Source: Abditibacterium sp.
GTDB taxonomy: Bacteria; Armatimonadota; Abditibacteriia; Abditibacteriales; Abditibacteriaceae
NCBI GenBank assembly: GCA_965246885.1
Contig: OZ251992.1
Coordinates: forward strand, 32,001-96,000
DNA: 64,000 nucleotides
Reading direction: 5' to 3'
Shown here: one piece after another, positions 28,072 through 37,330 of the stretch
Numbering within the stretch: position 1 is the first letter of the stretch
How the letters are laid out: each line of letters starts with the position of its first letter
The notes under the pieces: generated by a model
What the model saw: only the letters and a program-made list of their open reading frames with translations
Database searches by the model: none
Told to the model about the DNA's origin: nothing
Position numbers and translations under genes: made by a program

Positions 28072-30780
28072 ATGCACAAATTCTTTTTGGCGGGCGCGGC
28101 CCTACTCGCTTCCTTTTCTTCTTCCGCGCGCGCCCAAACGCCTGCGACGACGGCGCCCGATGCGCCGGAGCGTTTTCCCTTCGCCCTGCCTTGGGACGAC
28201 GTCAGTCCCACTGCCATGAGCGCCGCCGACCTGAACCCGGCGCCGCTCACGGACGCGCACCGCGTAAAGGTTCAGGGGGCGCATTTCGTGGATGGAACGG
28301 GGCGGCGCGTGCGCTTTTTCGGCACCAACGTCACGGCGAGCGCGCCCTTTTCGCGGGCCGCCGATGCGGGGAAGTGGGCGGCGCGGCTGCACAAATTCGG
28401 CTTCAATTGCGTGCGCTTGCATCACATGGATGCGCCTTGGGCGCACCCGAACATCTTCGGCGATAACCGCGACAACTACGCCGCTTCCAACGCGCAAACC
28501 TCGCCGGAATCGCTCGACTTGCTCGATTCGACGGTCGCGGCGCTCAAGAAGAACGGCGTGTACGTTGATTTAAACCTTCATGTCGCGCGCGCGCCAATGG
28601 GGGCCGACGGCTTTCCCGACGCCGATAAGCTGCCGGAAATGGGCAAAGTGACCGCCTATTTCGACCCGCAGTTCATCGCGCTCCAGAAAGACTATGCGCG
28701 CCAATTGCTCACCCATCGCAACCCCTACACGGGCCAGAAGTGGGCCGACGACCCCGTCGTGGCGCTTGTCGAACTCAACAACGAGGACAGCTTGGTGGGT
28801 GAGGCGTGGTCGGGCAAGTTGCAGGCGCTCCCGCCGCACTATCGGGACATCCTCAGTGGCGGTTGGAACCACTTTCTCCGCGCGCGCTATGGCACAACAG
28901 CCGCTTTGCGCGTCGCGTGGAACGCGCCGTTGGACGCGGCGCAAACGCCCAATCTCTTGCGCAACGCGCAGTTTGCCGAAGGCACTCAGGAGTGGCAATT
29001 GGAAACCCAAGCGGGCGCCGAGGGAAAAGCGACGGTGGTTGACCTTCAAGGCGCACCCGTCAACGGGCCAACGGGCCGCGCGCTGCGGGTCGAGATCGCG
29101 CGCAAGCCGGACGAAGGGTGGAAGTTGCAACTGAATCAGACGGGCCTTGACCTCCATCCGAACGCGCTGTATACGCTGAGTTATTGGCTCCGCGCCGATG
29201 CGCCGCGCCGCGCCGGAAATTACTTTGCGCTCGACCAAGAGCCTTGGTCGCAACTGGGCGGCGGGCGCGACGTTGCTCTCACGAAGGAGTGGCAATACGT
29301 GCGGAGCGTGTTCAAGGTCGGCGCGAGCGTGCCCGCACATTCGCGCTTGTCGTTTATCCTTGGCGAGGCGAGCGACGCGGTCGAGATTGCCGATGTGCGC
29401 TTGACCGAAGGGGCGCTCGCGGACGTTCCGGCCTCGCAGACCCTCGAAGCGGGGGGCATGGGCAACCTCGATTTACCCCCGGCGCAGGGAGCAGCGCCGA
29501 TGCAAGCGCGCGATTGGGCCGAGTATCTGATGAGCGTGGAAGCGGCCTACGTCCAAACCATGCGCGATACCGTCCGGCGCGAGTGCGGCTATCGTGGCCC
29601 CATCACCTGTTCGCAAGCGAGCTACGGCGGGATGGGTGGGGTTGCCCGCGAGTCGGCGAGCGATTATGTGGACATGCACGCGTATTGGCAACACCCGGAA
29701 TTTCCGCACCAGCCCTGGGACGCCAAAGACTGGCGCATCTCCAATACGCCCATGCTCGATGACCCCAAAGGCGGCACGCTGCGCGAGTTGGCGACGGCGC
29801 GAATCGCGGGCAAGCCGTTCACCGTCTCGGAATATAACCATCCCGCGCCGAGCGATTATGCGAGCGAAACGCTGCCGGTCATTCTGAGCTACGCGGCGTT
29901 GCAGGACTGGGACGGCGTGTTTTTGTTCAGTTGGAACGGCGACCGCGACAATTGGAACCCCGGCAAGATACGCGGCTTCCTCGATGCCGACGCTGACCCC
30001 AACAAGACGGTCTTCGCCCCACTTATGGCGCGCGCGTTTTTAAGTGGGGCGCTCGCTCCGGCGCCAATGGGTGCAACGCTATCGGTGCCAACGGGCGGCT
30101 TAGTGGAGTTAACGGCCTCCACGCAAGCGGACGGTAATTTTTGGAACAGCATCCCCGGCGCATGGGAGAAAAACGGCATGCTGGCCGGCGAGTTCCTAAA
30201 CTCGCGCTTCGCGCTGAGTTTAACACGGGGTGCTGTCCCCGCGTCCACAACTCTCGAACGCTCCGGCCCGCGCACGGTGCCCGGAGCCAACCCCGCGTTC
30301 AACTGGGGCTTTACGGGCGGCAAGGGGCACTTAGTAGTGGACAGCCCATCGTTTAAGGAGTTGGTCGGGCACGTGGCAGGGGCGCCTTGGCCGTTGGGCG
30401 CCCTTACCATAGAAGGCGCCTCGTCCTCAAACGGCTGGATGAGTCTGGTCGCCATCGCGCGCGATGGCAAGCCGTTGGAGCAGTCGGCCTCCATTGTGGT
30501 GGCCGCGCTCAACCGCGCCGAGAACGCGGGCATGAAGTGGAACGCCGACCGTACCAGTGTCGGTGACGGCTGGGGCGATGGCCCGCCGCTCCTCGAAACG
30601 CCGCGCGCCACGCTCTCGCTCAGCACGAGCGCAACAGGTGCCCAAGTGTGGCGCTTGGACGCGACGGGCGCGCGCCTCAGCCAGATTCCGGCCACGCTTG
30701 AAAACGGCACATTGCGCTTCGAGATTAGCCCGACCGACCGCACGCCTTGGGTGGAGATAGCCCTTGCGGGTGTACGGTAG
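28072..30780 (+). CDS. Secreted clan GH-A glycoside hydrolase with CBM4/9-like module inserted in the catalytic domain (GH148-like architecture)
   Basis: Signal MHKFFLAG..ARA. RFFGTN, VRLHHMD, NPYTG..DDP, ELNNED; then NLLRNAQF..CBM; then DMHAYWQHP, FTVSEYNHP. Confidence 0.7.
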   Translation: MHKFFLAGAALLASFSSSARAQTPATTAPDAPERFPFALPWDDVSPTAMSAADLNPAPLTDAHRVKVQGAHFVDGTGRRVRFFGTNVTASAPFSRAADAGKWAARLHKFGFNCVRLHHMDAPWAHPNIFGDNRDNYAASNAQTSPESLDLLDSTVAALKKNGVYVDLNLHVARAPMGADGFPDADKLPEMGKVTAYFDPQFIALQKDYARQLLTHRNPYTGQKWADDPVVALVELNNEDSLVGEAWSGKLQALPPHYRDILSGGWNHFLRARYGTTAALRVAWNAPLDAAQTPNLLRNAQFAEGTQEWQLETQAGAEGKATVVDLQGAPVNGPTGRALRVEIARKPDEGWKLQLNQTGLDLHPNALYTLSYWLRADAPRRAGNYFALDQEPWSQLGGGRDVALTKEWQYVRSVFKVGASVPAHSRLSFILGEASDAVEIADVRLTEGALADVPASQTLEAGGMGNLDLPPAQGAAPMQARDWAEYLMSVEAAYVQTMRDTVRRECGYRGPITCSQASYGGMGGVARESASDYVDMHAYWQHPEFPHQPWDAKDWRISNTPMLDDPKGGTLRELATARIAGKPFTVSEYNHPAPSDYASETLPVILSYAALQDWDGVFLFSWNGDRDNWNPGKIRGFLDADADPNKTVFAPLMARAFLSGALAPAPMGATLSVPTGGLVELTASTQADGNFWNSIPGAWEKNGMLAGEFLNSRFALSLTRGAVPASTTLERSGPRTVPGANPAFNWGFTGGKGHLVVDSPSFKELVGHVAGAPWPLGALTIEGASSSNGWMSLVAIARDGKPLEQSASIVVAALNRAENAGMKWNADRTSVGDGWGDGPPLLETPRATLSLSTSATGAQVWRLDATGARLSQIPATLENGTLRFEISPTDRTPWVEIALAGVR

Positions 30781-30870
30781 GCGTCAGAACTACCCTGCAA
30801 ATTGCCGCCGTTGGCACGCGGCTTGAAAAGGGGAGTTTCCTGTATGCGCCCACGCGCATGTGGACGAACT

Positions 30871-31617
30871 ATGCAACTTAAAACTACCCTGTTGGGCGCC
30901 GCCGTGATGCTGGGCGCCGCGCTTCCGATGGCGGCCCACGCTGCGCCCACCACCGGCACAATGACCCCAACCGCCATGACCGCGCTGTCGGCGCAAGACC
31001 AAGTTTTCCTCGTGCGCGCCGCCGAAGGCAACATGGCAGAAGTCACCCTCGCGCAGTTGGCCCTCGACAAGTCGAAGACCCCCGGCGTGCAAAGCGTCGC
31101 CCGCACCATTATTGATGGGCACGGTCGGGCGCAAACCGAACTGCTGGGCATCGCGCGTGGTAAGGGCATGACGGCCCCGCCGATGCTCAGCCCCACGCAT
31201 ATGGCAGTGCAAAAGTCTCTCGGCAAGGCACGCCGCGCCAACTTCGACAAGATGTATATGGCGAACCAGACCGACGACCACGAGAACACCATTGCCCTCT
31301 TTCAAACCGAGGTGGCCAACGGGCAGGACGCCGACCTCAAAGCCTATGCCGCGAAGTATCTGCCGGACATCGTGGGCCACACGATTATGATTTACCAAGT
31401 CGCCGCGCAGGTCGGGGCGCCCGGTAGCGAGATGCGCCCGCCGTCGCCGCCCGTCCCGCCCGGCGTGACGCCAACCATGATGCCCATGCCGGGAATGGCG
31501 ATGGGCGGCGGCATGACTTCGGGCGGCACGACTTCGGGCACAGCGCAAACAGGAAACTCGTCCCGTCCCTATCCCCCGACGAACAGTGGCGGCATGACAG
31601 CGCCAATGACCCAGTAG
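30871..31617 (+). CDS. DUF4142-domain exported protein
   Basis: Signal peptide; DQVFL..AAEGNMAEV..FDKMYM..DH..LKAYA..LPDI..H. Confidence 0.85.
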   Translation: MQLKTTLLGAAVMLGAALPMAAHAAPTTGTMTPTAMTALSAQDQVFLVRAAEGNMAEVTLAQLALDKSKTPGVQSVARTIIDGHGRAQTELLGIARGKGMTAPPMLSPTHMAVQKSLGKARRANFDKMYMANQTDDHENTIALFQTEVANGQDADLKAYAAKYLPDIVGHTIMIYQVAAQVGAPGSEMRPPSPPVPPGVTPTMMPMPGMAMGGGMTSGGTTSGTAQTGNSSRPYPPTNSGGMTAPMTQ

Positions 31618-31639
31618 GAGGCGCGCCAAAAATGCCGTC

Positions 31640-31680
31640 AAGCAAAGCCCCCGAACTGCCGCTGTTCGGGGGCTTTGCTT
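31640..31680. terminator. Bidirectional terminator between convergent genes
   Basis: aagcaaagcccccgaac-tgccgct-gttcgggggctttgctt, 17-bp perfect stem. Confidence 0.85.
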
Positions 31681-31733
31681 GGGCCAATGTCGTGGCTTGG
31701 GTCAATGTCATGGTTTGGGCCAATGTCGTGACC
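31680..31733. repeat. Three 18-bp tandem units TGGGYCAATGTCRTGRYY
   Basis: tgggccaatgtcgtggct / tgggtcaatgtcatggtt / tgggccaatgtcgtgacc, directly after the mlaD stop codon. Confidence 0.8.
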
Positions 31734-33533
31734 CTACTGCGACAAACGGAAGCCGATGCTGCCCGTCGAGCGCCCGCCGAAGGTTTCGGCTCCGGCGCGC
31801 AGTTGCAGGTTGGGCGTGAGTTTATAGCCGCCGTAGAGGTTGTAGCTGGCGTGATTGGGGTCGTAGGCGTTGCCTTCGATGGAGAAGCGCCCACGCCGCA
31901 CTTCCAAGCCCGCGCCCAACTTGGAGCGATACACGCCGTAGCGAAGCGCGGCACCCTTGCCGAAGAACTGGCCGCTTTGGAGGGTGAAGCTGTTGGTTTC
32001 GCCGATGCCGTCCAAGCCCAAGCGGAAGGGCGCGTTGAACAAGTTGGTCTCGAAGTCGAGGTCGCCTAAGGTGCGCGCGTTGTGGGGATAAACCCCTTTG
32101 CGAAGCAAGCGGCGGGCGGTAAAGTTGATGCCGGTTGTGTCGAACTCCGTGCCCGTCGCGCGGGGGATGTTGGTGGCGCCGGGGGTGGGAGTCGCGGGCG
32201 TGACGGACTTGGATTTTCTGCCGCCGAGCAAGCCGCTCAAGCGCTCGGTCGCGGTGCGGGTGGCGGCGAGGGTGCCGTTGAGGTTTTCGACGGAGCCTTT
32301 GAGGTTCGCTTGCAAGGACGGGTCGCCGACGATGCCCGCCAAGCTGCCGGACACTTTCTCCAAGTTGGCGGCACTCGCGTTGAGACTGGAGAATATGCCG
32401 CGCGTTTTGCCGTCGGGAGTGTCGTTGAGGGCGCCCTTGAGTCCGGTCGCCGTGTCGCGGAGCGCTTCGGCGCTTTCGCGCAGGGCGGTGAGCGCTCCGG
32501 TCAAGCTCTTGCCGGTGTTGGGGTCGGCGGCAAGGCCCGCGATGCCCTCGCTGGCGCGCTCGATGTTCTCGCTGGCGCGACGCAGGTTGGTGAACGAGGC
32601 TTGCGCGTTCTCCTTGAAGCCGCCCGCTTTGAAGGTGAAGTTGAGGGTTTCGGTCAACCCCGCGATGTTGTTCGAGGTCTTGTCCAAGTTGCCCACAAGC
32701 GAGCGGAACTGCGCGCGGTTGTCGCGGAACAGGCTGTCTATATTGCCGCGCACGTCGCCGATGATCTGCTGCGTTCCGTTGCTTAGCCCGTTGGTGAGGC
32801 CGCCGATGCCGCGCGTGCCGACTTCAATGTTGTGCGCGGCGACGGCGGCCTCCGCCGAAGCGCGCTGCGCGTTTTGGAGGGTAGTGTCGAGGGAGCGCGC
32901 GCTTTGCGGGTTGCCCAAGCCGAACTTGAAGCCCTGCGGCCCGAAGCTTTTGGACGCGTTGTTGGTCAGGCGCGCGACGCCATCAAGGGTGGCGGCGAGT
33001 TTCTCTTGCGTTTTCCCACTAAGCGCGCCTTTGTTGAGCAGTTCGAGGGTGTGGTTGAAGTTGTTGAGAGTGCGCGTCAGTTGGCGCGCGGTGTCCTCGC
33101 TCGAAGCCGCCGAAAACAGCCCGCCGACGGCGCGGCAGGGAATGATTTGGTCGCGCAGGTTGGGCAGATATTGCAGTTGGCGGGGACGGTATTGGCCGCG
33201 AATGTCGATGTAGTTCTCGCCGATAAGCCCGGAGTTCTGGACGGTGTACGCGTAGGACTGGAGCAACTGAAACGGCGGGTTGGAGCGGCGCACTTCGAGC
33301 GTCAGGATGGGGTCTTGCGTTTTGGGGTCGAAGCCGACTTCGGCGACTTGGCCGATTTTCACGCCGCGCAAGCGCACGTCGTTGCCTTGCGCGATTTGCG
33401 CCGCGCCCACCAAGCGCACGTAGTACTTGTCGGCGCCCAACCCCACGCCGCGCAGGTAAAAGTAGCCGAACACGATCACGAACAGACCGAGCAGGAACAC
33501 GATCCCAACCTTGATTTCGTTGCCGTAGCGCAT
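31734..33533 (-). CDS. mlaD: Long MlaD/MCE-family protein
   Basis: EIKVG TM anchor, VRLRGVKIGQV, SGLIGENYI; long helical region; beta-strand-rich C-terminus. Confidence 0.88.
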   Translation of the reverse strand: MRYGNEIKVGIVFLLGLFVIVFGYFYLRGVGLGADKYYVRLVGAAQIAQGNDVRLRGVKIGQVAEVGFDPKTQDPILTLEVRRSNPPFQLLQSYAYTVQNSGLIGENYIDIRGQYRPRQLQYLPNLRDQIIPCRAVGGLFSAASSEDTARQLTRTLNNFNHTLELLNKGALSGKTQEKLAATLDGVARLTNNASKSFGPQGFKFGLGNPQSARSLDTTLQNAQRASAEAAVAAHNIEVGTRGIGGLTNGLSNGTQQIIGDVRGNIDSLFRDNRAQFRSLVGNLDKTSNNIAGLTETLNFTFKAGGFKENAQASFTNLRRASENIERASEGIAGLAADPNTGKSLTGALTALRESAEALRDTATGLKGALNDTPDGKTRGIFSSLNASAANLEKVSGSLAGIVGDPSLQANLKGSVENLNGTLAATRTATERLSGLLGGRKSKSVTPATPTPGATNIPRATGTEFDTTGINFTARRLLRKGVYPHNARTLGDLDFETNLFNAPFRLGLDGIGETNSFTLQSGQFFGKGAALRYGVYRSKLGAGLEVRRGRFSIEGNAYDPNHASYNLYGGYKLTPNLQLRAGAETFGGRSTGSIGFRLSQ

Positions 33534-33566
33534 GAGGAGTGCGGAGTGCAGGAAGCGCGCTCCTCT

Positions 33567-34322
33567 TTAAAGGATAATCGGCCCGTGCGCTTCGCCCCGC
33601 AGAAACTGTTGCACGACGGGCGAAGGCGAGGCTTCGACTTCGGCGAACGGGCCGCTCGCCACGATGTGCGCGTCGTGGAGCATCAGCACAAAGTCCGCGA
33701 TGCGGCGCACCGATTCAACGTTGTGCGTCACGACGACGTTGGTGGTGTGGCGCGTGTCGCGCACCTTGATGATGAGGTCGTCTATCACGCGCGTCATCAC
33801 CGGGTCGAGACCCGAATCGGGTTCGTCATACAGCACGATTTGCGGCTGCGTCGCCAACGCCCGCGCGAGCGCGACGCGCTTGCGCATGCCGCCCGACAGT
33901 TCCGAAGGCCGCTTGCCCTCGATGTCGTGGAGGCCCACCTCGCCCAGAAGTTCCTTGACGATGGGCGCGACCTCGGCGCGCGATTTCCCTTGGCGCTCCA
34001 ATCCAAAGCCAACGTTGTCGGCGACGCTCATCGAGTCGAAGAGCGCCGAGTATTGGAACACGAAGCCCATTTCGCGCCGCACCTCGTTAAGTTCCCGCTC
34101 GCTCAGGGGCACGATGTCCTGCCCATTGACGAGTATCTCGCCGTCGTCGGGTTTGAGCAGCCCCGCCATTAGCCGCAAGAGGGTGGTTTTGCCCGACCCC
34201 GACGTTCCGATGAGGCACGACACGGCGCCGCGCGCGAGCGAGAACGACAGGTCGTCCAACACCGCCTTGCGCCCGCCGTCGGGCGCGGGAATGGAAAACG
34301 AGACATGGCGGAATTCAATCAT
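33567..34322 (-). CDS. mlaF: MlaF-type ABC ATPase
   Basis: GTSGSGKT, FQYSALFDSM, LSGGMRKRV, YDEPDSGLDP; start MIEFRHV. Confidence 0.92.
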   Translation of the reverse strand: MIEFRHVSFSIPAPDGGRKAVLDDLSFSLARGAVSCLIGTSGSGKTTLLRLMAGLLKPDDGEILVNGQDIVPLSERELNEVRREMGFVFQYSALFDSMSVADNVGFGLERQGKSRAEVAPIVKELLGEVGLHDIEGKRPSELSGGMRKRVALARALATQPQIVLYDEPDSGLDPVMTRVIDDLIIKVRDTRHTTNVVVTHNVESVRRIADFVLMLHDAHIVASGPFAEVEASPSPVVQQFLRGEAHGPIIL

Positions 34323-34430
34323 GGGCGGGAAGGGGGCGCAAGGCAAGGGCTTTCCCCTGATTCCTCTCATAGTTTGTCTTCCCCGCGCGAGGAGGCACGC
34401 GAATGGACGCTCGTCCCGCCAACTGCCCCC

Positions 34431-35792
34431 ATGAACTCCGTTATCCTTTTTGGCTTTCTCGCCAATTTTATGACTGCTGTTACTGTCGTTTGCGGCGTCG
34501 TGCTGATTCTGCTCGTGGCCTTCGATGTCATCGTAACGGTCTTGCACCCCGAAGTCGAGTCGCCGCTTTCGACGCGCTTCCAACTGCTTCTCTGGCGCGG
34601 CTTGCGCGCTTTGCAGCGCCTGCTCACGCCGCGCAGGGCCGAGGCAGATACGAGCCGCACCGTGCTCAACTGGGGCTTGCCACTTATGGTTTCGGGACTG
34701 ATTGTGTTGTGGCTGACAGTGCTGGCCTTCGGCTACGCCCTCATTTACTACCCTTGGATTGACGACCCGCACGCCTTCAACTCGATTCACACCGGGGCAC
34801 ACAGTTACTCCAAGGCGCTCTACTTTTCCGGCGTCACGCTCGCCACGCTTGGCTATGGCGACATCCAGCCCGTGTCATGGCAGTTCCGTTTGCTTTCCAT
34901 TTTCGAGGGCTTCACTGGCGCGGTCGGCATTGGCTTGCAGGTCGCGTACGTTCTGGCCGTCTATCCGGCGTTCTCGCGCCTTCGCACGGCGGGGGTGTCA
35001 CTGGATGCCGAAGTCGCCGGACAAGCCGGAGGCTTGCCGCTTTTGCGCCGCTACATGACCAGCCCCGGCCAGTGGAATCCCGGCTTGCCCGGACGATTGT
35101 ACACGCTCGCGCAAGACATCCTCGCCATCACCGAAGCGCACGAAACGCACCCTGTTCTGTATTACGCGCACCCGCGCCGCGTGCAGCACTCCTTTTTGCG
35201 CATCTTGGCGACCGCGCAAAACATCGTCATCCTCTTGCGCTACTGCCTGTCGCCCGATGTGCACCCCGACATGGTGCGCGACCCGCAACTGCTGCTCCTC
35301 GAACAGTCGCTGCACTACTCCTTGCGCCGCCTCAACGCCAGCCTGACCATCAGCGACTCGCAAGAAGAAATCATCACCAAGAACCGCGCGCATCTGACCG
35401 AGGAATACAACCGGATGTGCGCCCAACTGGAAGCGCTGGGCCTCACCTCGTCGCGCCAGAAAGCCACCACACCCGTCCCCGTCTTAGTGGACGCCGCGAT
35501 GGAGGAGGCGCCCAATGAACCCAAGGAGCGCCAAGACCCCGCCATCGAAGCGGGCACCGTCACGACCCAACCGCCCAGCACCGGCGACCACCCCGAAGTC
35601 CCCGACGGCTCCGACCCGCTCGAACTGCTCGACCCCGCCCTCGACTTGCAATCCAAATCCGCCCTCGACGCCTTCCTCGTCTTCCACGCCGAAACCGACT
35701 CATACCTGAGCGCCTACGCCCAAGCGTGCGGCTACACCGTCCAAACCGCCACCGCCGACCAACAAACCTCGTGGTGGGTGGGAGCAGGTTAA
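34431..35792 (+). CDS. Potassium channel family protein (two-TM pore domain)
   Basis: YFSGVTLATLGYGD selectivity filter; HPVLYY motif. Confidence 0.85.
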   Translation: MNSVILFGFLANFMTAVTVVCGVVLILLVAFDVIVTVLHPEVESPLSTRFQLLLWRGLRALQRLLTPRRAEADTSRTVLNWGLPLMVSGLIVLWLTVLAFGYALIYYPWIDDPHAFNSIHTGAHSYSKALYFSGVTLATLGYGDIQPVSWQFRLLSIFEGFTGAVGIGLQVAYVLAVYPAFSRLRTAGVSLDAEVAGQAGGLPLLRRYMTSPGQWNPGLPGRLYTLAQDILAITEAHETHPVLYYAHPRRVQHSFLRILATAQNIVILLRYCLSPDVHPDMVRDPQLLLLEQSLHYSLRRLNASLTISDSQEEIITKNRAHLTEEYNRMCAQLEALGLTSSRQKATTPVPVLVDAAMEEAPNEPKERQDPAIEAGTVTTQPPSTGDHPEVPDGSDPLELLDPALDLQSKSALDAFLVFHAETDSYLSAYAQACGYTVQTATADQQTSWWVGAG

Positions 35793-37249
35793 TGACCTCC
35801 GCCACCACATCCCCCGCAACCTCCTCCCCCGCCCCCACCGCCGCAACCTCCCCCGCCAGCGTCGCCGCCCGTTGAGGCCGGGTATAAAACACTCTGCATT
35901 TGTGGTGGAAACGCTCCCGCGCCAAGGAGTGCGAAGCTCATGGAGAGCGCGTCGTAGTCCCCCGACAGTCGCGCTTGAGCGCTGGCGTCCGCGTCGTAGC
36001 GCGGCCCAAGGTGCAGCCTGAAACTTTGCGCTTCGGGCACGTGGCGCTCGAAACGAAGCTGATTCAAGAGGGCATCGCCGCTCTTCGAGCGCCGCGCCGG
36101 GTTCGTTAGAAAGTGGAACAACAAGGCCAGTAGAACCCCGCACGACAGCAGCAAGAACCCAACCGGGCGCTCGCGGCTCAGGCCGACCACGATTTTGATG
36201 GCGCCAACGCCCAACAGACCGAATGTCGTGCCCAACATCCAATTGTCCGCACGGCGCTCGACCTCGCGGCTTACCAGCAAGCCGAGGCCCCGCAACTTCT
36301 GGTCAATGGCGCCGAGTTCTCCCTCCAATCCGCGCCGTGCGCTGGAAGCGGGAACCTCGTTGCCGCCGGAAAGGCGCTGCCACAAAGCACGTTCAAAGGG
36401 GTGAAGCGGCGCGTCCACCCTACCCGTTGCTCGTATGCCTTTCTTTGTGGTTTCGAGCGCGCCTTTTTCCCAAAGCGACGCCAGCGCGACATCCACAGCG
36501 AGCATTTTACCGTCGCGCAAGCGTGCCACTTCGTAGGCGTCGAGCGGTTGCGCCGGTAACGCCGCGTCGTGGGGAAGTAGCAAGCGTTCGCGCGCCCACC
36601 ACGCCAATGCTAACGCTCCAGCGCTCAACGTCCAGAAGAACTGGAGAAACGCTTCGCCGTGCCAATCGAATACGTTCGGCCCTATGCTCTGGGCTTCGGC
36701 GCACCCCGCCAAGAACAGCAACAGCAGCACCGGTGCCAGTCGCATCTTACTGCCCAAAGGAACTGCCCCGCCCAAAGGCTTGTGAACAACCCACGCGCGG
36801 CGCAGATTCACGCGGCGAAACGAACTCGCCTCGCCGAACCGCACCGATAACGGTGGCCAAACGTCGCGCGGCGGCTCATGCCCAAACGCGGCGCGGTAAG
36901 AGTCAAGCGTCCGTTCATACCAGTTCTCGAACTTGTCGCCCTCGGCCCACCCGCCCTTAGTTGGGCCATGATGAAGCGGAAATCCCAGAATTTCGCCGCA
37001 CAGTTCATCCCAATACGAGCGCGTGTAAACGAGGTGCAGATGCCACGCCTGATCTACTTCGTCCGAAGGCGTGACCGGATGCCCACACGTCGCGGCCAGA
37101 AAGAGAAACCGTTTGTATTCCTCCACCACGCGCAACGCGAAGGGGTGAGTCCAGCCGTTGTCGCGCGCCAATCGCTTGGAAAACGAGAGCGCCGCGTCGC
37201 CATCCAAATCCAGAGCATCGAGCTTTCGCCGAAGAAGCTTTGTGTCCAC
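35789..37249 (-). CDS. Glycine-rich-domain / TIGR04222 membrane protein
   Basis: EEYKRFLFL..PSDEVDQAWHLH N-terminal domain; KIVVGLSRERPVGFL; Gly/Cys tail GGCGGCGG. GTG start assumed (ORF extends to 37300). Confidence 0.8.
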   Translation of the reverse strand: MDTKLLRRKLDALDLDGDAALSFSKRLARDNGWTHPFALRVVEEYKRFLFLAATCGHPVTPSDEVDQAWHLHLVYTRSYWDELCGEILGFPLHHGPTKGGWAEGDKFENWYERTLDSYRAAFGHEPPRDVWPPLSVRFGEASSFRRVNLRRAWVVHKPLGGAVPLGSKMRLAPVLLLLFLAGCAEAQSIGPNVFDWHGEAFLQFFWTLSAGALALAWWARERLLLPHDAALPAQPLDAYEVARLRDGKMLAVDVALASLWEKGALETTKKGIRATGRVDAPLHPFERALWQRLSGGNEVPASSARRGLEGELGAIDQKLRGLGLLVSREVERRADNWMLGTTFGLLGVGAIKIVVGLSRERPVGFLLLSCGVLLALLFHFLTNPARRSKSGDALLNQLRFERHVPEAQSFRLHLGPRYDADASAQARLSGDYDALSMSFALLGAGAFPPQMQSVLYPASTGGDAGGGGCGGGGGGGGCGGCGGGGH

Positions 37250-37330
37250 ACCGCCAGTGTGAACCCCCGCTAAGCGCGTTGCCACTCCAAAGCCGTTCAA
37301 GCGGGCGGGCTACACTTTTCGCCCTTGATT

